Origin: a virus | Taxonomy: Duplodnaviria; Caudoviricetes | Direction: 5' to 3' (one strand) | Virus record (IMG/VR): IMGVR_UViG_2882613001_000002 | Span: 22,773-86,772 of that record | DNA length: 64,000 nucleotides | Part shown: piece after piece, positions 55,740-64,000 of the stretch | Layout: the number at the start of each line of letters is the position of its first letter | Numbering within the stretch: position 1 is the stretch's first letter | Notes under the pieces: generated by a model | What the model was told of the DNA's origin: nothing | The model's input: only the letters and a program-made list of their open reading frames with translations | Database searches by the model: none | Position numbers and translations under genes: made by a program

Positions 55740-55790
55740 TGACAAATTTCTTGTCTTATAAAACTCAATATGACAATTAAATTGTCATAT
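55740..55790. promoter_or_regulatory. Operator pair upstream of the second early operon
   Basis: TGACA-N7-TGTCT at 55740-55756 and the palindrome ATATGACAAT-TAA-ATTGTCATAT at 55768-55790. Confidence 0.7.
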
Positions 55791-55820
55791 CCTGATTGCA
55801 CTGATCAGAAGGAGTTCAGA

Positions 55821-56141
55821 ATGCCAAGACAAGATCCTCCCACCTGCCACACCCATATCGCCGCACCCGAAACCTTCGTGCGCATCCCGGCCGCTCTGCA
55901 ATTCAACTGGGCACAGGCAAAGCAAATCCAGGGCCATCCGATCTCTGCTGATCGCATGGCGTTGCTGCTGCCCGGCCACCTCATGAGCGGCCCCGGACAT
56001 GAGCGTTCTCCAGCCCTTGGGATGGCGGCACAGGGGACGGTTGCGCAGCAGATCGAACCCTATCACCAGCGCACCCAGGCCAAATTGGCAGCCCTCGTCG
56101 CCCGCTACAAAGCACGCCAGGGCGCGGACAGCGCCCCATGA
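55821..56141 (+). CDS. Hypothetical protein
   Basis: AAGGAG RBS before ATG 55821; ATGA overlap downstream. Confidence 0.6.
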   Translation: MPRQDPPTCHTHIAAPETFVRIPAALQFNWAQAKQIQGHPISADRMALLLPGHLMSGPGHERSPALGMAAQGTVAQQIEPYHQRTQAKLAALVARYKARQGADSAP

Positions 56142-56893
56142 TCAACGCGTCCAGTGAAACCCTCTCATCAGCTCATGGAGCCGAGACAACGCGGCGGCGG
56201 GCGCACCCACCGCGAAGGCAGCTGCGCGTCCTGATCGGCTGTGCCACGTCCTGCGTCACGCTGGAGGCGTTTCTCGCCCGAGGCCACGACGCCTGGCAAT
56301 GTGACCTGCTGCCGGCCGACGAACCGACCAACCGCCACATCCAGGACGATATCCGCAACGTGCTGTCGTGGGGCTGGGATCTGCTGATCGTGTCGAACCC
56401 GCCCTGCACCCGCCTGTGCCGGTCCGGCCAGCGATGGCTCTACGGCCCGGGCAAATCCCATCCCAGGAAACTGCCCAACGGGCGGACCCATGCCAGCATG
56501 ATCGAGGAGTTCGACCTCGGCGTCGAGATCTTTGGCGCCTGCTACAACGCCCCCGTCCCGCATATCGCCGTCGAGAACCCCGAGATGAACATCCACGCCC
56601 GGCAGGCCATGCCCGACCTGCCGCGACCGCAGATCGTTCAACCGTGGTGGTTCGGTGATCCGGCCCTCAAGGCAACCGGCCTCTACCTGCGCAACCTGCC
56701 CGAGCTGACGGCCACCAACCGCCTCGAGCCACCGGCAAAGGGCACGGCCGAGCGCAAGGAATGGGAAATGATCTGGCGCGCCCCACCCGGCCCGGATCGC
56801 TGGAAGATCCGTAGCAAGACATTCCCCGGAATGGCAGAGGCCTGGGCCGATCAATGGGGCGAGCACGCATCCACCACGGCGCTAACAGCATGA
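56138..56893 (+). CDS. Phage-type DNA cytosine methyltransferase-like protein
   Basis: GHDAW.CDL, PPCT, VENP, QPWWFG and RSKTF.G.A.A.A.QWG motifs. Confidence 0.75.
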   Translation: MINASSETLSSAHGAETTRRRAHPPRRQLRVLIGCATSCVTLEAFLARGHDAWQCDLLPADEPTNRHIQDDIRNVLSWGWDLLIVSNPPCTRLCRSGQRWLYGPGKSHPRKLPNGRTHASMIEEFDLGVEIFGACYNAPVPHIAVENPEMNIHARQAMPDLPRPQIVQPWWFGDPALKATGLYLRNLPELTATNRLEPPAKGTAERKEWEMIWRAPPGPDRWKIRSKTFPGMAEAWADQWGEHASTTALTA

Positions 56894-57051
56894 CCGCCAA
56901 GCCTCGCCACCCGTCGACTATGTCCACGGATGAACGCATCGCAGCGGCGATCGAAAAGCTTGAGAAACTATGCCAGCCGATTCCGGGGGACCCACACCAT
57001 GACCCCCTGCAGTATCATGTGATCCTTCAGCGCCTGCGCTCCCTCGCCTGA
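56890..57051 (+). CDS. Small hypothetical protein
   Basis: ATGA overlap with the upstream gene. Confidence 0.45.
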   Translation: MTAKPRHPSTMSTDERIAAAIEKLEKLCQPIPGDPHHDPLQYHVILQRLRSLA

Positions 57052-57105
57052 TCCTTTCTCCTGATCTTCAGCCACTCGGATCAGGCGCAGCGGTCGCGGC
57101 CTTCC

Positions 57106-57447
57106 TCACTTCCGACCGTTCCCGTCAGCGACACCCAGCTTGGCGTCATACCACGTCTGGATGACACGGCCCGGTCTGCGGATCGTCAAGTAGCCATACT
57201 CTTCCAGCTGCGGTATGCGGAGACGGGTCGTTACCCACTCGCCGGTTTTGCACCACGTGCAATTGAACACAGGCTCATGCGCGTTGTGATACGCCCCGAT
57301 GATCGGCACCAAGTCTATCGCCAGGAAATTGACCGTTCTCCGGCAGCGGTTGCACCGCAGCACGACGATCTGACCGTCGCGCGCGGCATCTCCTAGCGTG
57401 CGATATCTGCCTGGCGGGGCACCAATAGGTGGCGGTCTGGTGGGCAT
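57106..57447 (-). CDS. Zinc-ribbon protein (two CxxC), SOS-boxed
   Basis: CNRC and CTWC; divergent from the SRAP gene. Confidence 0.7.
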   Translation of the reverse strand: MPTRPPPIGAPPGRYRTLGDAARDGQIVVLRCNRCRRTVNFLAIDLVPIIGAYHNAHEPVFNCTWCKTGEWVTTRLRIPQLEEYGYLTIRRPGRVIQTWYDAKLGVADGNGRK

Positions 57448-57479
57448 GGCGACTCCGTTCTTGCCCGCAAGATAAACTA

Positions 57480-57494
57480 GAACGGATAGAGAAC
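57480..57494. promoter_or_regulatory. Alphaproteobacterial LexA (SOS) box
   Basis: GAAC-GGATAGA-GAAC matches GAAC-N7-GAAC. Confidence 0.8.
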
Positions 57495-57540
57495 AAGTGT
57501 AACCTTGCCGGAAGGAGGAACCGAGGCTAGCGTTCGCTCC

Positions 57541-58179
57541 ATGTGCAACCTCTACAGCAACACCTCAGCCGCCCAGGCGATGATCTACATCACGCGCGCC
57601 ATGACCACCGATCCGACAATCGGGAACATGGCGCCGATGCCCGAGATTTACCCCGACTACGCCGCCCCCATCGTCAAAAATGGTCCTGACGGCCGCATAT
57701 TGTCACGCGCCCGCTGGGGCATGCCGAAACCAGCGGTCGCCCTGGAGGGCAAGCGGGTTGATTCCGGTGTCACCAATATCCGCAACACCAACTCACCCCA
57801 CTGGCGCAGATGGCTGGCGCCAGAGCACCGCTGCCTGGTGCCCTTCAACGCTTTCTCGGAGCCAGGGAAAGGCAGCGATGGAAAATACAAGCCGGTGTGG
57901 TTTGCTCTGTCAGAGGATCGCCCCCTGGCCTGTTTCGCCGGGATCTGGGTGAACTGGACGTCCGTCCGAAAGCTGAAAGAGGGCGAGGTGAATGCCGACC
58001 TCTACGGATTTCTCACGACCACCCCCAACGCCGAGGTCGCCGCGGTGCATCCAAAAGCCATGCCGGTTATCCTGATCACGTCAGAGGAGATGGACGTCTG
58101 GATGCGGGCACCATGGGGAGAGGCTAAGGAACTGCAGAGGCCGTTGCAAGATGGTGACCTTGCAAACCTATCGAAGTAG
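57541..58179 (+). CDS. SOS response-associated peptidase (SRAP, YedK/HMCES family)
   Basis: N-terminal MCNLY (Cys2), RWG, RCLVP...F.E and HPKAMPVIL motifs. Confidence 0.9.
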   Translation: MCNLYSNTSAAQAMIYITRAMTTDPTIGNMAPMPEIYPDYAAPIVKNGPDGRILSRARWGMPKPAVALEGKRVDSGVTNIRNTNSPHWRRWLAPEHRCLVPFNAFSEPGKGSDGKYKPVWFALSEDRPLACFAGIWVNWTSVRKLKEGEVNADLYGFLTTTPNAEVAAVHPKAMPVILITSEEMDVWMRAPWGEAKELQRPLQDGDLANLSK

Positions 58180-58479
58180 ATAGCAGACATTCGGCGCCAG
58201 TCGTGCAGGATTTTGCATCGCCTTGAGGCTCGACCGTTGGGGGCGGAGAGCTGCCGTTCGCTGCACTCCGCACCGATGACCGCTGTGCGCAGGAACCGGA
58301 CGGTGCGAATTTGGCCTGTGTACCGGACAAGCTCATATTTCGCGCTGCGCCAACTTTAAGAAGAGCGGACGCTGGACGCGGGTGCAGTATTTTTGCCGGA
58401 CCAACCGTTGGCATAACCGATGGAGCCGGCACTCACAGTGCCAGCGTCCCTTCAAGCTGACTCGATATGCTACCGGCAA

Positions 58480-59178
58480 CTACGCCGGAGCGAGTAGAAG
58501 TGCCAAGTCGACCATTCTTTGGATGACAGATTGAGTGGGGTCTTTCTTTCTTGATCGATGAGAGGCCCAGATTTGGGCAGCCTCAAGAAATTGCGGCCCC
58601 TTTTCCCCGAGTTCGTCGTCCCTATTCAACGACGCAACAAGATCCGCATACTTTCTGCGGTCGATACGGGAGTATTTTGCTGCCGTCCGGCCGTCAATCT
58701 GAGAGTCTGATGCGATTTCTTCGAGGCGATCTCGTATCCTAAGCCAGTTGGATGCCAAGTCCTCGAAGCTCAGCTCAGGTATCTCATCTTGCCCTTCAGG
58801 TTCGCTAGCCAATTCTTCATCAAGTGCTTGCCTGTCAGATACATCCGCTCTGATTTGCGCCGTGCTCGCGGTCAGGCTACTAAGCTTCTCCTCGATGTCT
58901 GCAAGTGACAGCTGAACGCGAGATTGATGGTCGGTTAACAGTCGATCGGTTGTGTCGAGCGCAGACTTAATGTCCCGCACTTTTCCGCTGAACAGCCACC
59001 AACCTAGTAGGACTGCAGCTATCGCACCAAAAAAAGTCATAATGCCAGCCCCAAGCGTGGCTTGAGGCTGACTTAAATCCAACAGCCATTGCGGCACTAA
59101 CTTGCTCCCCCGTATTACAATATTTCGAAGCGAAAGGATTAACGAACTTGAGTGTGCGATCAAGTTTATAACGCGCAT
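58480..59178 (-). CDS. Membrane-anchored coiled-coil hypothetical protein (cargo)
   Basis: TM segment GAIAAVLLGWWLFS plus a coiled coil; low GC; start uncertain. Confidence 0.65.
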   Translation of the reverse strand: MRVINLIAHSSSLILSLRNIVIRGSKLVPQWLLDLSQPQATLGAGIMTFFGAIAAVLLGWWLFSGKVRDIKSALDTTDRLLTDHQSRVQLSLADIEEKLSSLTASTAQIRADVSDRQALDEELASEPEGQDEIPELSFEDLASNWLRIRDRLEEIASDSQIDGRTAAKYSRIDRRKYADLVASLNRDDELGEKGPQFLEAAQIWASHRSRKKDPTQSVIQRMVDLALLLAPA

Positions 59179-59496
59179 TAGCTGTGATGATATCCCTGCG
59201 AGGCTTGCACAACCGATTTGGACTCAGATGGAGTCGTCGGTGGCGCAGTATTAGGTCGTCGGCTTCAAACCACTTAATGCATCGGCCGAGTGGGTAGCAG
59301 CCAGCGCGAGTCTGTCGGTCGTGCTCGCCGCGGCATACGAAATGGCGCACCAAGAGGGAGAAGGACAGTTAGGCCGTTCGCTGAGCTTGGCTCTAAAGAC
59401 CTGAAAGCAAAGACCAAGTCGTCAATCGACAGATCGACTCCCGGTTAGGAGGACAGTAGGCTTGACCAGATCGGATTCGTTTAGGGTTAAAGATCG

Positions 59497-60648
59497 ATGG
59501 CAAAGGTTCGGGCAATCTTTCAACCGCTTGCAGGCAAGCAGCAACACGCACCACTAATAATATCGCTGGCAGGAGAAGCTTGGTCGACTCGACTTATCGT
59601 CTCGTCCGCGTTTTCGAATTCTGCTGGCGTTGCGGCGGTATCGCAAGCTATCGCTCCCATCTCTGGAGCTTGCCGCGCCTTCATCGGAGTTAGGAATGGT
59701 TCAACGACCGCACAAGCTATCGCCGCTTTATTCAAGCTGGGTGTGGAACTCTATGTGATTGACACCGCCACCAGGAGTCGGATTTTCCATCCGAAGGTTT
59801 ATCTTGCCGTAGGTGTGGGTCAGGCGCGTGCGATTGTCGGAAGTGCTAACCTGACCCATGCAGGCTTGTTCAACAACATCGAAGTAGGGTCTGATATCGA
59901 CTTGGACCTAGCGGACGCTACCGACAAGGCGTTCGTTGACACATTGATAGATTGCTTCGACGATCTCATCAAAAATCATCCGCAGCACTGCTTCAAAATA
60001 AATAGTATTCGCCAAATCGTTGATTTGATGAAACAAGGCATTCTCGAAGACGAGCGTAGCCCAAAGACGCAAACTGCCTTTGGTTCGGGCCATCAAGGCA
60101 GTGTTACGACCAAGCCACGCATCAACCTTCCGTTCAAGTATTCACAAACTAAATCTAAAACCAAAAAACCAAAGATCAGTCCAACCATACCCGTTAGCGG
60201 TCAGCTTAGTGCCCCTCAAATTTATGGACAAATGGTATGGTTCAAACCAAGCCTTCCACGCTCGGACCTCCAGCTTAATCCCGGTCATGCTCCGGGCGTG
60301 CTGCGACTCACGCAAGCGAAATACAGGGTCGGCGGCAATGTAATTGATCAAACAACATATTTCCGAAATCAGGTGTTTGGTCCGCTGAGTTGGAAATACA
60401 ATCCCACGGCACAAAAGGACGAGGCGGAGGCGCAGGTATCACTCGTTATTGCGGGTGTCTATGTCGGTGACTTCGATATGCGGTTGAGCCACAAGCTTGC
60501 TTGGGCGGCTGGACAGGGCAACTACACTACTGGATTGCATTGGGACGAAGCAACTAGTCACATCAAGCAACCTGGCTTGGTTGGTCGCACCCTCAAACTG
60601 TATCTGCCTGCATCAGCAGGGGCGCGCTACGTCATTGAGATTGACTAA
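59497..60648 (+). CDS. PLD-family restriction endonuclease (NgoFVII/BfiI-like)
   Basis: FHPKVY and IVGSANLT motifs; separate C-terminal beta-rich domain (SDLQ...RLTQA...DQTTYFRN). Confidence 0.8.
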   Translation: MAKVRAIFQPLAGKQQHAPLIISLAGEAWSTRLIVSSAFSNSAGVAAVSQAIAPISGACRAFIGVRNGSTTAQAIAALFKLGVELYVIDTATRSRIFHPKVYLAVGVGQARAIVGSANLTHAGLFNNIEVGSDIDLDLADATDKAFVDTLIDCFDDLIKNHPQHCFKINSIRQIVDLMKQGILEDERSPKTQTAFGSGHQGSVTTKPRINLPFKYSQTKSKTKKPKISPTIPVSGQLSAPQIYGQMVWFKPSLPRSDLQLNPGHAPGVLRLTQAKYRVGGNVIDQTTYFRNQVFGPLSWKYNPTAQKDEAEAQVSLVIAGVYVGDFDMRLSHKLAWAAGQGNYTTGLHWDEATSHIKQPGLVGRTLKLYLPASAGARYVIEID

Positions 60649-62234
60649 ATCGGTAGCCGATGTCGCCGATCTCTTAGTGTTGCCCAAGCGGCAAGTAAGT
60701 CCATCTGTTCCGATTTAGTAAGCGCGCCCAAAACCGCCTCAGATTGCACTTCGAGCGTATCGGCTACCGAATTTTCACGCACCATTCGGTCCAGCCTCTC
60801 AACGTCGGGCACAATCGCTTCTGGGGCAGGCAATAGCAATTTCTCAATTTCGCTCGGTACTAGCTCCAAAACACCCCCGCCATAGTGCCGCCCTTCCAGT
60901 TCAGCGCTAAGGGCGGTTAGACTGTTGTAGAAGCCATAGACCAAAGCATCCGCCGTGCCGCGTAGAGCACGGATGCGATAAGCCGTGTCGGTAGTGTAAG
61001 CACCTGCACGATTGAGGATCAAACGGGGAGTGTCGTGGCTACGCTTGAGCATACCAACCTCGGTCGCGTGAACCGAAGGGACCGTGTACCAAGGGCTGCG
61101 GATTCGGCATTTGTATCGATTGTGCAAGCTTTCGCGCTCTCCCGAAGCGATGTAGGCGCGACCCTCGGCACTGTTCTCGACTGAACGATCCAACCAAAGG
61201 AAGTTGGTCGGCTTGCCGGTGGCCGCGTTACGGGAGTGCTGTGCATCGTCGTAGATAACTCCCGGGCAGTGATCACTGCGCCCGAACATGGGGTGTGCCC
61301 ACTTTTCCAAACCGTTTTGTTTCACTACTTCGTCAGTCACTAGGAAGAACTTGTTGGCGCCTGTGACGATGCCCACATCGACCTTCGCTGCCTCAGAAAA
61401 GACGCAGAATCGAGTGTCAGCTTCTACCGCGTCGAGTATGGCTAATGTCGCGGCGGGAACCAGCGCGCGCGTCCATTTGCCTTGAACTGTCTTGCCGTTG
61501 ATCGCTTGAGGCTTATTGAAAACCGCTTCCGGGTCTTCTTGGAGGAAGTCACGGCCCGAAACGCGTTGAATGCCTAGACCTTCGCCATGGGCATTCAGTG
61601 TCGCCTTCTTCTCGGCCATAAGCAGGACGGCGCCTTGTAACGTTCCTTCAAACCAAATTTCCTGCGGGTCCACGATCACGACACGGCGGCACACTTGCCC
61701 AAGATAGGTCCTTAACGACTGTGCATGCATTACGTGGACAATCTCCGAAGGGACAACCATCGCAAGCCGCCCACCGGGCCGAAGCAATTCCATCGAAGCA
61801 AGGATAAACGGCACCCAAGCGTTCGTGTGTTTGGTAAATTTGCATCCGAGGCGATCAAACACTCGCTCTGCGTTAGCTTGGAAGTCGGAAGGAAGATACT
61901 GGTATCGAATGAAAGGCGGGTTGCCGATCACCGCATCGAACTGTCCTGGCTTTGCCTCCAACGCCCAACTCAGAAAGTCTTGGTTGTTAACGATGCAGTT
62001 GGACAGCCCGCGCGCAGCCGCCTTGGCCGCCTCCTCGGGCGCCAGCTCGAACGCAGTTACTGCTGCTTCTTTGCCGAACAGGCTTGGGAAAAACGCACCG
62101 TCACCACAGCTAGGTTCTAGTATGCGCATGCCGGTCACAGGCGCCACCCAGCGTGTCAGGAAACGGGCGAGGTCCCCAGGCGTGTAGTAACCACCGCGAA
62201 GCTTCTGCTCTGTTTCTAACGCGATGAAATTCAT
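60645..62234 (-). CDS. N6-adenine DNA methyltransferase, gamma class
   Basis: GGYYTP, ILEPSCGDGAF (motif I) before GNPPF (motif IV), and a C-terminal TRD. Confidence 0.9.
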   Translation of the reverse strand: MNFIALETEQKLRGGYYTPGDLARFLTRWVAPVTGMRILEPSCGDGAFFPSLFGKEAAVTAFELAPEEAAKAAARGLSNCIVNNQDFLSWALEAKPGQFDAVIGNPPFIRYQYLPSDFQANAERVFDRLGCKFTKHTNAWVPFILASMELLRPGGRLAMVVPSEIVHVMHAQSLRTYLGQVCRRVVIVDPQEIWFEGTLQGAVLLMAEKKATLNAHGEGLGIQRVSGRDFLQEDPEAVFNKPQAINGKTVQGKWTRALVPAATLAILDAVEADTRFCVFSEAAKVDVGIVTGANKFFLVTDEVVKQNGLEKWAHPMFGRSDHCPGVIYDDAQHSRNAATGKPTNFLWLDRSVENSAEGRAYIASGERESLHNRYKCRIRSPWYTVPSVHATEVGMLKRSHDTPRLILNRAGAYTTDTAYRIRALRGTADALVYGFYNSLTALSAELEGRHYGGGVLELVPSEIEKLLLPAPEAIVPDVERLDRMVRENSVADTLEVQSEAVLGALTKSEQMDLLAAWATLRDRRHRLPI

Positions 62235-62746
62235 GGTGTCTGCCCTTGCCGTTATGTTCTTACTGCGTTCCCAAAGTTGGTGAATGGTAAACCGCTAATT
62301 TTCCTACCGCAAACCACTGCCTATCGCCATCCATATTTAGTAGCCTATTTTCGCTTCAATGCCGTATGTCGGGCCCGTGATGTGCGATTTCACAGAAAAC
62401 ACGTACGTTTCTTGAGGCGCAAATATCCGCCGCTTGTTGCGACTAGCACGATCTTAGGCCGCAAGGTTCGGCTATCTTGATGAGAGAGGTACCTCATCAG
62501 GCGTTTCCTCGTCCTGCGCATCGCTACCAGTTGAACAGCCTACAGCATCATCGAGAGCTGCGGGGCTCCGAGTGTCCGCTTTCGGGAAGTTGGCCTCGTG
62601 CTCTCGCACCAGCAGCATTCACTTCGCTGCGCTAGGCACGAAGGTCGCGTCAGGGCTTCAACCGGTCATGCGCTGCGTCTTGCACGAATGGCGGCTTTGG
62701 GCCGTCATTGAGCCAGGTTGTTGGGTTCGGACAGCAGCGAGGCAAC

Positions 62747-64000
62747 CTACAGCGCGACCAGCTGGACCGCCGCAAGCTTAGCGGGCAGGCCGCCACCCTC
62801 GCCGTAGCGCTGACGCCCCAAAGCGTGCCCCATCAAATCACGGCGCACCCTCTCATCGACACCTGCCGTCAGCAAGCGATCCTCAAACGAATGGCGCAGC
62901 CCATAGATCGTATGATCGGGCGTCTCCTGCAGGCCGTTCTGGGACAGGAATTTGTTGATCGTCGCCGACAGGCCCGGCTTGTCGTGATACCGCGACAGGC
63001 CGCCCTCGCGCAGCGCCTCCAGAGACACGCCCGCCAGCGGGATTTCGCGCTCGCTCGTGTGGCTTTTCAACTGTCGACCCTCGCCTCTGATCAGCACATG
63101 CGGCACGTTAGCTGTCAGATCAATGTGGTGTGGATGCAGCGCCGCGGCCTCGCTCAGACGCATCCCGGTATTGACCATGGATAGAACAATCCGTCGGGCG
63201 TCTGCATTCAGCCCCGCGAGGCCCGGCAGAAGGCGCGTGCGGATCCACTCGGTTGAATACGGTGGGCGCGTTCCAGGCTTGCCTTCCTTGAACGCAAGGC
63301 CTGCCACCGGTGGCACAAACCCCAGCCGCTTGCGCGACGCAACCGTGCGCAGGACCGTTGCAATATAGGTGAAATCCTTGTTCGCCGAATGCGGCTTGAT
63401 GCCGTCATCGGCAATCCTGTCCAGCCACCATTCGCGAAAGTCCTGCATGTCATCATGACTGATCTGATCGATCGGCACATCACCGATCACCCCGATCAGA
63501 TTGTTGATCGCCTTGATATGCGGATTGCGCCAGCGCCGGATCTGATCCGGTGATTTCTCCAGCGTCTTTTCGCGCGCCAGAGACCAGTACAGTTCCAAGG
63601 CGCTGCTGATCGTCATCTGCGGCGGCTGGGCACCGCCAAGCACAGCCCGCGCTTCCAGCGGATCCGGCACGCCGTCGCGCACCGGCACGGCCTCTACCCG
63701 CGACAACAACTGATCAACCGGCAGCTTGGCCACATCCTCTGCCTGCCGGAATCGGAACCCCCGCGCGGCGGCCAGATCGCGCGCCGCTGACCATGCCGCA
63801 TCGGCATCGCCGTCCGCGCCAGCCCTGCGCGCTTCCCAGCTGTCGATCAGCTCAGCCCAGACGCGCGCCGCCTTTTCACGTGCGATCATTTCGCTGTCGG
63901 TATGCAGCGACAGCTTGACGAACGTGCGCGCCTCGATCGCCGCATAGCGCGACGGCACACGCCGACGGAGGAGGAAAGTTTTACCGCGCTTGATGATCAT
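62747..64000 (-). CDS. int: Tyrosine integrase with a DUF6538-like N-terminus
   Basis: TGMRLSE, LKS...REIPL, YGLRHSF, LMGH and RYG catalytic motifs. Confidence 0.9.
   Translation of the reverse strand: MIIKRGKTFLLRRRVPSRYAAIEARTFVKLSLHTDSEMIAREKAARVWAELIDSWEARRAGADGDADAAWSAARDLAAARGFRFRQAEDVAKLPVDQLLSRVEAVPVRDGVPDPLEARAVLGGAQPPQMTISSALELYWSLAREKTLEKSPDQIRRWRNPHIKAINNLIGVIGDVPIDQISHDDMQDFREWWLDRIADDGIKPHSANKDFTYIATVLRTVASRKRLGFVPPVAGLAFKEGKPGTRPPYSTEWIRTRLLPGLAGLNADARRIVLSMVNTGMRLSEAAALHPHHIDLTANVPHVLIRGEGRQLKSHTSEREIPLAGVSLEALREGGLSRYHDKPGLSATINKFLSQNGLQETPDHTIYGLRHSFEDRLLTAGVDERVRRDLMGHALGRQRYGEGGGLPAKLAAVQLVAL

Larger units (their letters stand above)
27406..64000. mobile_element. Element 2: HK97-like siphoprophage with a tyrosine integrase
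   Basis: att remnant plus lysis, tail, head, terminase, replication, repressor and integrase modules. The right att is presumably just beyond the window. Confidence 0.9.

Noticed and set aside
62850-62920. Integrase YGLRH instead of HxLRH read as inactivation
   Set aside because: Substitution of the first His occurs in active tyrosine recombinases, and the Arg, His and Tyr residues are intact.

Overview
High-GC alphaproteobacterial (Rhodobacteraceae-like) DNA made entirely of two abutting integrated phage-type elements. Element 1 (1 to about 27405) is the right part of a lambdoid prophage. It has DNA methyltransferases, a lambda-like cos, primase/helicase/nuclease replication genes, a sigma-like regulator and a LexA-boxed DUF2924/serine-recombinase operon. 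It ends in a lower-GC defence island: an Eco29kI-like GIY-YIG R-M pair, Vsr, an unknown protein, an Mrr-nuclease/SF2-helicase fusion, a MORC-type GHKL ATPase and a divergent nuclease-like ORF. A 19-bp tRNA 3'-end remnant (27406-27424) marks the left att of Element 2, an apparently near-complete HK97-type siphoprophage running to a tyrosine integrase at the right edge. Element 2 has lysis, GTA-like head-spike, tail, head, terminase, replication and immunity modules. It carries cargo on both sides of att: on the left a thymidylate-synthase-fold enzyme with the cytosine-specific Asp, a clade-3 aGPT-PPlase-like HhH protein and a HigB-like/HTH-ImmA pair, and on the right a PLD nuclease plus an m6A methyltransferase. 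The best candidates for undescribed systems are the TS(Asp)+aGPT-PPlase3 cassette (27805-29830) and the MORC/Mrr-helicase R-M island (19317-27090). All family calls come from motif recognition by eye, and no searches were run.
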